Assembly: GCA_025839675.1 (NCBI GenBank)
Contig: CP104013.1
Coordinates: 1,560,001-1,592,000 of the forward strand
DNA length: 32,000 nt
Direction of reading: 5' to 3'
DNA from: Candidatus Lokiarchaeum ossiferum
GTDB lineage: Archaea > Asgardarchaeota > Lokiarchaeia > Sigyniarchaeales > Promethearchaeaceae
Shown: piece after piece, positions 18,101 to 26,557 of the stretch
How the letters are laid out: the number at the start of each line of letters is the position of its first letter
Numbering within the stretch: the stretch's first letter is position 1
Made by a program: the position numbers and the translations under genes
The notes under the pieces: generated by a model
Seen by the model: only the letters and a program-made list of their open reading frames with translations
Databases searched by the model: none
Told to the model about the DNA's origin: nothing

Positions 18101-18190
18101 CTCTATCTTGTGATATTCTCTAATTGAACTAACACAATTTAATTTCCAAAATCAGACTTTTCAGATCAAAGTACTGCACAGAAGCGAGTT

Positions 18191-18200
18191 AAAAAAAAAA
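18191..18200 (-). terminator. T10 tract (minus strand) after rps28e
   Basis: An A10 run on the plus strand, 23 nt downstream of the rps28e stop (18223-18225). Confidence 0.5.
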
Positions 18201-18222
18201 GAAATTAATTCTAAAGATAAAC

Positions 18223-18456
18223 TTATCTTCGAATTCGTTTTGCTTCACGTTCTGTTTCACGTAAAACAATTGTATCGTTCTTGCGAACGGGACCTTTAAT
18301 ATTTCGAGTGACAATACGGTTTTTATCTTTACCATCTAGTACTCGGACTTTACATTGTAAAATTTCACCAGTTAAGCCAGTTCGACCCACAATTTGGATC
18401 ACTTGGGCATAACATTGAAATCGATCATCATTCTGCTGTTTATCTTTTTTAGCCAT
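18223..18456 (-). CDS. rps28e: 30S ribosomal protein S28e
   Basis: [26 protein letters not shown]...[25 protein letters not shown] matches S28e. GGTGA SD-like motif upstream. It starts 14 nt after the rpl7ae stop. Confidence 0.95.
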   Translation of the reverse strand: MAKKDKQQNDDRFQCYAQVIQIVGRTGLTGEILQCKVRVLDGKDKNRIVTRNIKGPVRKNDTIVLRETEREAKRIRR

Positions 18457-18470
18457 TTTTCACTCTCACC

Positions 18471-18839
18471 TTATTTTCGGAGTGCGCTAACATCTTTTAC
18501 TATGGCTTTTAAATCTGCTTCTGCTTCTTTAGGAATATCTAAAACAGCGAGAGCAGAACAAGGGATGGTGATACCGGCGGACTTTCCGAGTTCAGCTTTT
18601 GTATTAACAAATGTATAGGGTACTTTCTTTTCTTGAGCAATCTTTGGGAGGTGCATCACAATTTCGGCAGGAGAGATATCCCCAGCAATGATGACGATTT
18701 TAGCAATACCGCGTTCAATAGCTTTGGTGCTTTCATTCATTCCCTTTCGAACTTTACCATTCTTATCGGTAACTTTCTTGACAAAATCAAGAGTTTTATT
18801 CTTAAGCTCATCAGGAGCTTCAAAATCTATGTAGGACAT
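18471..18839 (-). CDS. rpl7ae: 50S ribosomal protein L7Ae (K-turn binding)
   Basis: KVRKGMNESTKAIERGIAKIVIIAGDISPAEIVMHLPKIAQEKKVPYTFVNTKAELG is the canonical L7Ae/L30e core. Confidence 0.95.
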   Translation of the reverse strand: MSYIDFEAPDELKNKTLDFVKKVTDKNGKVRKGMNESTKAIERGIAKIVIIAGDISPAEIVMHLPKIAQEKKVPYTFVNTKAELGKSAGITIPCSALAVLDIPKEAEADLKAIVKDVSALRK

Positions 18840-18850
18840 TTTTTGTTAAA

Positions 18851-18890
18851 CCTCAATCAAAGCGCAAAACACGCTTATCATTTTATCATT
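18851..18890 (-). promoter_or_regulatory. Candidate K-turn hairpin in the rpl7ae 5' leader, overlapping the SD-like GAGG
   Basis: The minus strand reads ...gataa-aat-GAU-AAGCG-tgttttg-CGCUU-UGA-uugagg. This gives a 5-bp stem, then U.U, A.G and G.A mismatches, a 3-nt bulge and a short A-U/A-U/U.G outer stem. That is the order expected for a K-turn. Confidence 0.4.
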
Positions 18891-18927
18891 GGTTTTTGAA
18901 ACGAACCAACATGATCCTAAAATTAGC

Positions 18928-18939
18928 ATATAAAAAAAA
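18928..18939 (-). promoter_or_regulatory. TATA-like box for rpl7ae-rps28e
   Basis: Minus-strand ttttttttatatg lies about 90-100 nt upstream of the rpl7ae ATG, implying a ~65-nt leader. Confidence 0.4.
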
Positions 18940-19020
18940 TTTTTCTTTTTTCGTCGACCCAACTGGTAGAAAATGCGAAATAAAACCTTCATGGAAAGCA
19001 AGTCGCACGAAAACCACAAA

Positions 19021-19034
19021 TTTTTTTTTAAATG
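19021..19034 (+). promoter_or_regulatory. TATA-like box for rpoN (leaderless-type spacing)
   Basis: tttttttttaaatg is centred ~22-25 nt upstream of the ATG at 19051. This supports that internal ATG rather than the track start at 18973. Confidence 0.4.
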
Positions 19035-19050
19035 CAGTATTGAAAACCTT

Positions 19051-19251
19051 ATGATTATTCCCGTTCGATGCTTTTCGTGTGGCAAACCTATTTCGGATAA
19101 ATACGAACCCTATATGCAAATGCGTGCTGAAGGAATTCCCATCAATGAAATCTGGGAAAAATTGGGCATTCGACGATTCTGTTGCAAACGTATGTTAACA
19201 TCTCATGTAGAAATTGTTGATGACTTACTTAATTTTAACCGACTCCAATAA
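19051..19251 (+). CDS. rpoN: DNA-directed RNA polymerase subunit N (Rpb10 homologue)
   Basis: MIIPVRCFSCGKPISDKYEPYMQMRAEGIPINEIWEKLGIRRFCCKRMLTSHVEIVDDLL is a full-length RpoN with the CxxC...CC zinc motif. The track ORF (18973) adds 26 non-conserved residues, so I trimmed the start. Confidence 0.9.
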   Translation: MIIPVRCFSCGKPISDKYEPYMQMRAEGIPINEIWEKLGIRRFCCKRMLTSHVEIVDDLLNFNRLQ

Positions 19252-19450
19252 TATTTTTTCATCATTTGTTTTTATTCTTTATATTGATCCTACGTAAATA
19301 TTTTAATCGTATCTAAATCTTCATCCGATGCAAAAATTATTTATTACAAAATCTATACTCCAGAAGGTTTATCGAACCTGTTGCTACCAGAGATTGTATC
19401 GAATAATTTAGAAAAAAAAGGTTAGAGAATTTGAAAGTTAATAATTTTGA

Positions 19451-20215
19451 TTAAAAGTTAAAATCGAAATCGTCGCCACCTTTCTTCTTCTTCTTTTTCT
19501 TTTTACCAGAACTACCCCCAAGTGCATATGCATCATCTTCGGGCACATAACTGGCAAAGGCACTCCCTCCACTCACAGAATAAGCATCATCCATAGATCC
19601 TCCTTCTCCTTGTAACCACGATTTTTTCTTCGTGAAAAAGAACACAAAGGAATGAATGAAAAAGACCGCATATAAACCTACGAGAGAGAGCATATGTCCA
19701 ATTACAAAGGATTCATTTATTCCTCCTGCCATCGCACCTGCGATAAATCCAAAATAGATGTGTGAAACAATTGATCCTAAGAACAGAAGAAGAGCGGTTA
19801 TCAAAGCAAGTTTATTCTTCTTTCGTAACCCAATACATCCAATAAAATTTAAGAGTGCAGCAATCACGTACAGAATAGTGGATAACCAATAAGGAGGCCC
19901 ATAAACATATGCAGTATTTGAAGGGTCCACCATGATAAATGTAGCAAGACAACCCAAACTTGCCAATATCCCAAAAATCCCACTTACAACCAACATTTTA
20001 TTTGTTTTTATAAATCCCGAAATGAACACCAAAATCATCCCAAGATACACAACAATTTGTGCGATTGCCACCATCCCAAAGGAATTTATTGAGGCGCTCT
20101 CAAAAAATGCTTGAATTGATGCGTCCCCAGCCATCAAAATGCTTGTAAAATTAAAGAAAAGCACCGCCCCTGCAGCAGTTAATAATCCTCCGATCAAAGA
20201 TAATATTTTTACCAT
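19451..20215 (-). CDS. Six-TM membrane protein with an acidic/aromatic repeat and poly-Lys C-terminal tail
   Basis: Hydrophobic helices through residue ~195. The tail reads MDDAYSVSGGSAF...EDDAYALGGSSG-KKKKKKKK-GGDDFDFNF. Confidence 0.7.
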   Translation of the reverse strand: MVKILSLIGGLLTAAGAVLFFNFTSILMAGDASIQAFFESASINSFGMVAIAQIVVYLGMILVFISGFIKTNKMLVVSGIFGILASLGCLATFIMVDPSNTAYVYGPPYWLSTILYVIAALLNFIGCIGLRKKNKLALITALLLFLGSIVSHIYFGFIAGAMAGGINESFVIGHMLSLVGLYAVFFIHSFVFFFTKKKSWLQGEGGSMDDAYSVSGGSAFASYVPEDDAYALGGSSGKKKKKKKKGGDDFDFNF

Positions 20216-20634
20216 TTTTTTCTACTCCATTTCTGATGTTAATTTATTATCAGTACTAATTTAGTCATTTATACATATATGCTTTCTTTCGTAAATAGAT
20301 TTAGGTTAGTCAAAGTCATACCAGAAATTTCTTGTTGTTCAATTTGATCGACCTTGGGTCCAAGATGAATTAAATTATTTCAGAATGTATAAAAAGTGGA
20401 TAGAATTCGAAATTTTTTATGTAAAATTAACAATTAAAGCAAATTTATAAAAAACTATTACAGTGCAAATACAATTTCTACAAAAGATTGAGTTTTGAAT
20501 GATTTTTGATTAGCCTGATAATTAATTGGTGCAAGTCAATTTGATTAAGGTTGGTTCTTTTGCTAGTAATTTCAGAGTTCTATTGAAAAAAAAAATGTGA
20601 AATATGGACCCTATATAAAGTTTTGAGAAAAACT

Positions 20635-20797
20635 TCAGTTAGCAATGATGTTTTTGAATAATTTAATTACACAAAGCTTAACCCATACCCGTTCCATACG
20701 ATTTTGTTTTAAATAGGGATTAAAAATGTGTTCTTGAATTGTCTTGGGAATACCACATTCCACATCTTGTATTGAAATCTGAATGTAATAATTTTGA
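20635..20797 (-). pseudogene. Relic of a histidine-kinase HATPase_c C-terminus
   Basis: The minus-strand frame reads NYYIQISIQDVECGIPKTIQEHIFNPYLKQNRMERVWVKLCVIKLFKNIIAN*. It aligns with FIHISIQDEGKGIPESIQDHIFDPFFTTKTNGTGLGLALCNSIIQKHHG of the kinase at 24435-25763. The G2 box is destroyed and no upstream ORF exists. An 18-nt identity (atgatgtttttgaataat) is shared with 24510-24527. Confidence 0.55.
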
Positions 20798-20805
20798 AAA
20801 AAAAA
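20797..20805 (-). terminator. T9 tract (minus strand) after the MCP gene
   Basis: An A9 run on the plus strand ~30 nt downstream of the MCP stop at 20835. Confidence 0.4.
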
Positions 20806-20834
20806 TTAAAAAATACGAAGAAATGAAAAGAAAT

Positions 20835-23177
20835 CTAAAAATTTTGGATTTCATTATAAAGACGGGAAGATCCCGTGTTTAGCTCATCAGCAACTGTACT
20901 TAATTCTTCTAAAGTAGCAGCCATTTCTTCTATTGAAGATGATAATTCTTGAGCCGTACCTGAAGATTGTTCAATAATTCCATTAATTTGTTCTATTTCC
21001 TGAACAATTTGCACGATATCTGAATCTTGCTCTTCGATATTTTTTATTACTTCACCTATCCCAAAATCAGTTTTTTGGATTATTTCAAATAGATTTTCCA
21101 ATTGAAGAGCAGTCTCATCTAAAGCAACTTTACCATTGTTGATTGCTGATTCAGTAGATGTGGTTTCCTTGACAGCGACACTAACTTCATTTTTAATTTC
21201 TGAAATTAGATCATTTATTTGATCAGCAGCTTGTTTTGAATCTTCAGCAAGTTTACGAACTTGTTCAGCAACTACAGCAAATCCTTTACCTGCATCTCCT
21301 GCCCGTGCTGCTTCAATAGCTGCATTTAAGGCGAGTAAATTTGTTTCTGTTGCAATACCTGCGATAACATCAACAATTTTATTTATCTCTTTACTTTTAG
21401 TATCAAGAGAAGACATAACTGCTGAGACTTGCGTGGCACCATTAGACATCTCATCCATCCGAGATAACAAATCGTCAATAAGATGTTTTCCAGTTTGAGC
21501 AAGATTACCTCCATTTTTTGAATTATGGGCAATGGTTTCTGTTTTCTTAACAATATTCTCACTCACTTGTTTGACCCTAGAAACGGCTTCAACTATCTCA
21601 ATTGCAGATTTATTTTGATCTTGAGCCCCTTTTGCCATTTCTTGAGTTCCATTAGAAACATCTTGGACAGAAAAATTAATTTGGTTTGAAGACTCGGAGA
21701 CTTGCTTGGCCATAGTTTTTACTTCATCAGCGGTAAATCTTACTTCTTTTACTAACTCACGAAAATCCGAAACATCAATAAATGTAATTAATTCTCCAAT
21801 AAACTTATTATTTTTATCATGCATCTTGATTACATTCAAGGTGGCAACGATTTTTTTTCCAAGAACATTCTTAAGCGAAAAATTGAAATTTTTTATATAA
21901 CCTTGTTTTAGATATTTTTCATGTGATAATTCGTATTCTTTTAGATCTTCAAATAAGATTTTTATATTTTTACCTTCAATATCATCTCGCTTCATTCCAG
22001 TTAATTCAAGTAAAGAATTTCCCACTTCTTTAATTTTATTTTCAGGATCTATAAAACATAGAGGTGTGACTGTTGAATCAAAAATCAATTTATTTATTTC
22101 AGTTTGACTTGAGACGTTATTAATGATTTTTTTAAAATTTCGAACAATTTCAGTGGTTTCATCGTTATTTTCACTTAATTCTTCGATTTTGTGAAGATCA
22201 CCTTTTGAATATGCATGAACGGATTTTTCTACATGTTCTAATGATTGCATGAATTGCCTAATTAAAATAACTGCAGAAACAAGCACAATAACGGATAAAA
22301 TCGTTGCAGCAATCAAAGCAGGGGCGGAAAGCGAAATTAGACTTGGAACAAAATCTTCTTCAGGAACCAAAAGAATTACTTTTAGATCTGTAGGAGCCAA
22401 TACTTCTTCAACAACAATATAATGTTTTCCATCTTCAATATATTCGAGTTGATCCTCAAACCCCGCAACATCTGAAGACACAATATCTTTATTCTTGAAA
22501 TATTCGCTTCGTTCTATCCCCGAAATATTGTTTGATGAGACTTGAATTACATCCCGACTATCGATTAGCATCAAAATGCTATTTTCTGAAGGGTTGCTTG
22601 CAACAAAACTCTTGACTAGATCAGTCAGTTCAATTCCAATACCTGCAACACCAATAGGATCATTTTCATCCCCCATAAGGACATTAATCCACAAGGAAGT
22701 AGTTTGCAATTGATCATTTGAGTCAACATTTGTAGATGCTTTTATTCCCGAAGTTAAGGAATCATAAAACCAGGAATCATCAGGTGTGTTTTCGCTAAGT
22801 GTTTGAATTAGGTTTTCGCCTATCCAAAATTCATTAGTTTCTTTACTCGCCGCAAAAGCGGTCAAATTATTCTCTAGTAGTAATTTCATTTTTTCAATGT
22901 ATAAATTTTTTACAAGATTGGTATCATTTTCACCCAAAGTGCCCTCAAACCATGCAACTCCGCTTGGATCATCAGCTAAGGCTAAGGATTCATAATAAGC
23001 TCTTTGGATCTCATTTTGTATTCCCGAAGCATAATAATGGAGGTTTTTCGAGATATCGGTTCGAAAACTTTGCTGAATATAATTTCGAGAATATTTTTGT
23101 CCAATCATAGTTCCAGTAAAGGATGTAATCAAAATTGAACAAATTAAAAGTAGTAACATTTTAACCCGTATTTTCAT
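20835..23177 (-). CDS. Methyl-accepting chemotaxis protein (TM, Cache-like ectodomain, TM, linker, PAS, MCP signalling domain)
   Basis: Hairpin-tip signature ETNLLALNAAIEAARAGDAGKGFAVVAEQVRKLAEDS. TM1 spans residues ~5-27, followed by a ~255-aa ectodomain, then TM2 LISLSAPALIAATILSVIVLVSAVILI. A PAS-like region follows (...CFIDPENKIKEVGNSLLELTGMKRDDIEGKNIKILF...). Confidence 0.9.
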   Translation of the reverse strand: MKIRVKMLLLLICSILITSFTGTMIGQKYSRNYIQQSFRTDISKNLHYYASGIQNEIQRAYYESLALADDPSGVAWFEGTLGENDTNLVKNLYIEKMKLLLENNLTAFAASKETNEFWIGENLIQTLSENTPDDSWFYDSLTSGIKASTNVDSNDQLQTTSLWINVLMGDENDPIGVAGIGIELTDLVKSFVASNPSENSILMLIDSRDVIQVSSNNISGIERSEYFKNKDIVSSDVAGFEDQLEYIEDGKHYIVVEEVLAPTDLKVILLVPEEDFVPSLISLSAPALIAATILSVIVLVSAVILIRQFMQSLEHVEKSVHAYSKGDLHKIEELSENNDETTEIVRNFKKIINNVSSQTEINKLIFDSTVTPLCFIDPENKIKEVGNSLLELTGMKRDDIEGKNIKILFEDLKEYELSHEKYLKQGYIKNFNFSLKNVLGKKIVATLNVIKMHDKNNKFIGELITFIDVSDFRELVKEVRFTADEVKTMAKQVSESSNQINFSVQDVSNGTQEMAKGAQDQNKSAIEIVEAVSRVKQVSENIVKKTETIAHNSKNGGNLAQTGKHLIDDLLSRMDEMSNGATQVSAVMSSLDTKSKEINKIVDVIAGIATETNLLALNAAIEAARAGDAGKGFAVVAEQVRKLAEDSKQAADQINDLISEIKNEVSVAVKETTSTESAINNGKVALDETALQLENLFEIIQKTDFGIGEVIKNIEEQDSDIVQIVQEIEQINGIIEQSSGTAQELSSSIEEMAATLEELSTVADELNTGSSRLYNEIQNF

Positions 23178-23595
23178 GGAAAATCATTCTTTTTATTTTG
23201 GAGTTTTCAATAGAATTGATATACAGTTCTGATTATTTAATCACATCCAATCTATCGAAAACCACACTATTTTTTCCAAATCGGGAAGGTATTAATTAAT
23301 TTATTTTAGAAAAAGTATACAATTTATTGTTGTAATATTTATTGTTTTGAAGATGAATTTCGAAAATGTAAAACGCAGAACCGATCCATCAATAATCCAT
23401 TAAAATTAAAGAATTGAATGAATTCAATAAAATAGGAATTAATTCCTTTTTCAATTATTATTTTTCACTGGGATAGGTTTCACTTTTAGAATTTATCTCA
23501 TGTTTGAAATAGATGGATAACTCATTTCACATCGAACTAACAAACATCTATGATAAAACAATATGAATAAATGTAAGCCTTCTTGAGATCAATTA

Positions 23596-24372
23596 ATGAA
23601 AATTTTGTCCATAATTGGATCGGGAAGAAAAAATGGGAATACCGCGTTAGTTTCTCAACTTATTGAACAACAATTAAGCCAAGATCCAACTTTTGACTTT
23701 GATTACGAACATTTATATATTAATGACTACCGCATTTTACCCTGTATTGGATGCAGAACATGTTTCAATAAAATAGAAATGTTCTGTCCCCTCAAGGATG
23801 ATTTTCTTCAAATTAAATCAAAAATTGACAAAGCAACCTTGATTATTTTTGCAACTCCGGTCTATGTTAATGATGTAAGTGCTCTTATGAAATTATTGAT
23901 TGATCGTCTTGCTTTTGCGACTCATCGACCCCAGTATTTTGCAAAATATGCTTTCGTTGTAGCTACTACAGCACTCTCAAATCCACGTAATGCAATCAGA
24001 TCTTTAGCAAGTGCCATTAATGTGTGGGGATTTCACTTGATTGGAACACAAGGTTTAAAATTGAAAGTATTACCGGATGAAGAAAAGATTCAAGCCAAAT
24101 ATAATAAAACAATCCAAAAAATTACCGCAAAAATAACCAAAATAATAAAATCAAATAGAATTTCATCTCCCACCATTCTCAAACTCGCTATTTTTAAAGT
24201 TCAGCAAAATTACTGGAAATCGCAACAAAAGATGCTATATGAATATAATTACTGGAAATCTAATGGCTTTTTCGATTCTGATCGTGTGTATTTTAGTGAG
24301 GTCTCTCCTCCAAAGTGGAAAAAAGGAATGGCCGGATTACTCGCTTGGATAATCAATAGTGTTTTCATGTAA
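23596..24372 (+). CDS. Iron-sulfur flavoprotein (Isf-like, flavodoxin/NAD(P)H-FMN reductase fold)
   Basis: N-terminal MKILSIIGSGRKNGNTALV is a flavodoxin-like FMN loop. The compact motif C-IG-C-RT-C-FNKIEMF-C (CX2CX2CX7C) matches the Isf 4Fe-4S pattern. Confidence 0.7.
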   Translation: MKILSIIGSGRKNGNTALVSQLIEQQLSQDPTFDFDYEHLYINDYRILPCIGCRTCFNKIEMFCPLKDDFLQIKSKIDKATLIIFATPVYVNDVSALMKLLIDRLAFATHRPQYFAKYAFVVATTALSNPRNAIRSLASAINVWGFHLIGTQGLKLKVLPDEEKIQAKYNKTIQKITAKITKIIKSNRISSPTILKLAIFKVQQNYWKSQQKMLYEYNYWKSNGFFDSDRVYFSEVSPPKWKKGMAGLLAWIINSVFM

Positions 24373-24434
24373 AGGAAATTGTTTAAAAAAAGATTCATTG
24401 TTATAGTATCCCTACTTAGAACTTGAATCTTTTT

Positions 24435-25763
24435 CTATTCAGTCAATATCGGCAAAAAAATATGAAATGCAGTTCCTTTATTTATTATGGATTTAAATTT
24501 TAGATATCCATGATGTTTTTGAATAATGGAATTACATAGAGCTAAACCCAACCCAGTTCCATTTGTTTTTGTTGTAAAAAATGGATCAAAAATATGATCT
24601 TGAATTGATTCTGGAATACCTTTCCCTTCATCTTGGATGGAAATATGGATAAAATTGCCTCCTTCCAAGTTAAAATCTGGAAATTGAGAAGTATTTATGG
24701 TTTGCATTGAAACTGTAATTATACCTCCTTTCTCCATTGCTTGATCGGAGTTAATTACGAGATTTTGTATAACCTGAATTATTTCTTCTTCATTTATCAT
24801 AATGGATGGTATATTTGGGGAAATGTTTAGGTTAACTTTCGATTTTCTCCCTCGAATCGAAAAATCTATTACTTCTGGAAGAATTTTGGAAAGATCAGTT
24901 TTTCTGGTTTCTGAAGAAACATTTCCTTTTGAGAATGTTAGGAGCGTATTGGTCAAATTTTTAGCTTGATTTGATGCATTAATCATATCTTGTACAATTT
25001 CTTTACTCTCAGGCTCCATTTTCTCATCCATTTTCAATAACTCCGCCCCACCAATTAAAGAAGTCAAAATATTATTGAAATCATGAGCTACACCTCCAGC
25101 GAGAATTTGGATTGACTCAATTTTCTTTTGATGGATTAAAGACGCTTGGGTTTTTAAAAGTAAGCGATTTTGCTGTTCTTTTTGTTGAATTAAATTGATC
25201 AAAATGTGATAAATTATCTGGGATATTCCAAAAGATATTATCAAAGTTGGAATCAATACTGAAATATTGTCCACAGTGGCTATCTGTGTTGCAGGATGAA
25301 AAGTTTGTTGAGAAGAAAAAATACCAAAAATGCAGTAAATGATTACAACGACTATATCGAGTAAAAAAACTCCCCATGCAACTTTATTCGAAGACAATAT
25401 TGTGCTACAGATTAGGATAAGCCCAAGTAAAGTCGCAAGATAAGCAGATCGCGTAATCATGGCTTGGATTAAGATGGCAATATTTGTAAAAAAAATTTGG
25501 ATTATTACACTTAAGTTATACTTACCACGCTTTAAAATGATCAAAATAACCAGAGATGCAAGAGAAACTATCAATGAAAAGATCCAATAATTAGAACGAG
25601 TTATAATACCATAGATAAACATGATTGTACTCGATAGAATTATAGAATATAAATACCATTTTAAAATCATATTCCGATAATAATTCAAATTGATATCCTT
25701 TGATAGATTTTCAACCATACAATAAATATGATCTTTATTCCTAAAAACTTCAAAATTTCTCAA
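24435..25763 (-). CDS. Membrane sensor histidine kinase
   Basis: About 5-6 N-terminal TM helices. H box AGGVAHDFNNILTSLIG, N box VIQNLVINSDQAM, G1 IQDEGKGIP, F IFDPFFTTK, G2 GTGLGLALC. The track start is TTG; ATG alternatives lie at 25718 and further in. Confidence 0.9.
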   Translation of the reverse strand: MRNFEVFRNKDHIYCMVENLSKDINLNYYRNMILKWYLYSIILSSTIMFIYGIITRSNYWIFSLIVSLASLVILIILKRGKYNLSVIIQIFFTNIAILIQAMITRSAYLATLLGLILICSTILSSNKVAWGVFLLDIVVVIIYCIFGIFSSQQTFHPATQIATVDNISVLIPTLIISFGISQIIYHILINLIQQKEQQNRLLLKTQASLIHQKKIESIQILAGGVAHDFNNILTSLIGGAELLKMDEKMEPESKEIVQDMINASNQAKNLTNTLLTFSKGNVSSETRKTDLSKILPEVIDFSIRGRKSKVNLNISPNIPSIMINEEEIIQVIQNLVINSDQAMEKGGIITVSMQTINTSQFPDFNLEGGNFIHISIQDEGKGIPESIQDHIFDPFFTTKTNGTGLGLALCNSIIQKHHGYLKFKSIINKGTAFHIFLPILTE

Positions 25764-25809
25764 AATAACTACTACTCACTTCAATGATATTTTATAGAAC
25801 TAATTTGTG

Positions 25810-26346
25810 TTAAAATTTCAAATCTATATACTCGTGGGACAGAATTGCGTATATATATAAGGATTCAAATTTTCCCGAATGGGCCTTTGAGCACTCCCGC
25901 AGACACCCTTCACGAATAAAGCCATGTTTCTCATACACATGAATAGCCCGTGCATTGGTGGTCAATACATCTAACCACAACCGATGAAATCTGCATTCTT
26001 GAAAAGTGAAATTTTGAAGAAAATGTAGAAACTGGGACCCATAGCCCCTACTGTGAGCGTTTAAGGCAATTCGGTACAATTCCATGCATTTATATGGATT
26101 AGTGTTCCCTTTTAAGATCCCGAATCCGACTTTATTCTTCGCTGCATTCGGAGTCATTTGTTTTACTTCTTGAATTTCAGCAATCCAATATCTGCAATCT
26201 GGATCGCTTAAACAACTTCGATGTTTTTCTAAAGAGTCGTGCCCTACAAACACGCTATTTTCGGGCAATAATTCCACTTCACAAATAAAATTCAGATCTT
26301 CTTGAGTTGCGGGTCGAAAATTAAGCTTCTGTTTCTGCTTTACCAT
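25810..26346 (-). CDS. GNAT family N-acetyltransferase
   Basis: Motif A HSRGYGSQFLHFL (R-x-x-G-x-G/S) and a typical ~175-aa GNAT length. The ATG at 26346 is one codon inside the TTG track start (26349). Confidence 0.8.
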   Translation of the reverse strand: MVKQKQKLNFRPATQEDLNFICEVELLPENSVFVGHDSLEKHRSCLSDPDCRYWIAEIQEVKQMTPNAAKNKVGFGILKGNTNPYKCMELYRIALNAHSRGYGSQFLHFLQNFTFQECRFHRLWLDVLTTNARAIHVYEKHGFIREGCLRECSKAHSGKFESLYIYAILSHEYIDLKF

Positions 26347-26483
26347 CAATTGATCTTGAAAGCAGTTTGCTTCTTTTTTAACTTTTCGGAATTATCTGCT
26401 TTCTTAAGTAATTGATCTAGGCAAATTGCAAAAATTTTTATTTTCTACTAGTTTTAGTTCTTTATACCACTTTTTTCTTTTCT

Positions 26484-26557
26484 GGCCTGATATGATAGTG
26501 GTAGACGGACGGGTTGTGGTCCCGTTTGCGGTGGTTCAATTCCGCCTCAGGCCACCA
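26484..26557 (+). tRNA. tRNA-His (anticodon GUG) with genomically encoded CCA
   Basis: Hand-folded. Acceptor GGCCTGA/TCAGGCC (7 bp), U8, D loop AGTGGTA, anticodon stem ACGGG/CCCGT, loop TT-GTG-GT, T arm GGTGG-TTCAATT-CCGCC, discriminator A, then CCA. The D stem is weak (U.G, G-C, A.A, U.G). It is the only GC-rich island in the spacer. Confidence 0.85.

Noticed and set aside
18121-18133. Exact 13-mer taattgaactaac shared between the L24e/S28e spacer and 31080-31092 (followed by aatttaat in both), and the 11-mer atacagttctg shared by 2488 and 23221.
   Set aside because: For a 32-kb AT-rich window, several exact 11-13-mer coincidences are expected. There is no consistent position relative to genes and no extended similarity.
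26484-26553. Alternative tRNA-His register with G26484 as an encoded G-1 paired to C73 (26553).
   Set aside because: It removes U8, gives a T.C mismatch at 7:66, destroys any D-stem pairing and leaves ACCA instead of CCA after the discriminator. The standard register satisfies U8, A14, G18G19, A21, U33 and purine 37.
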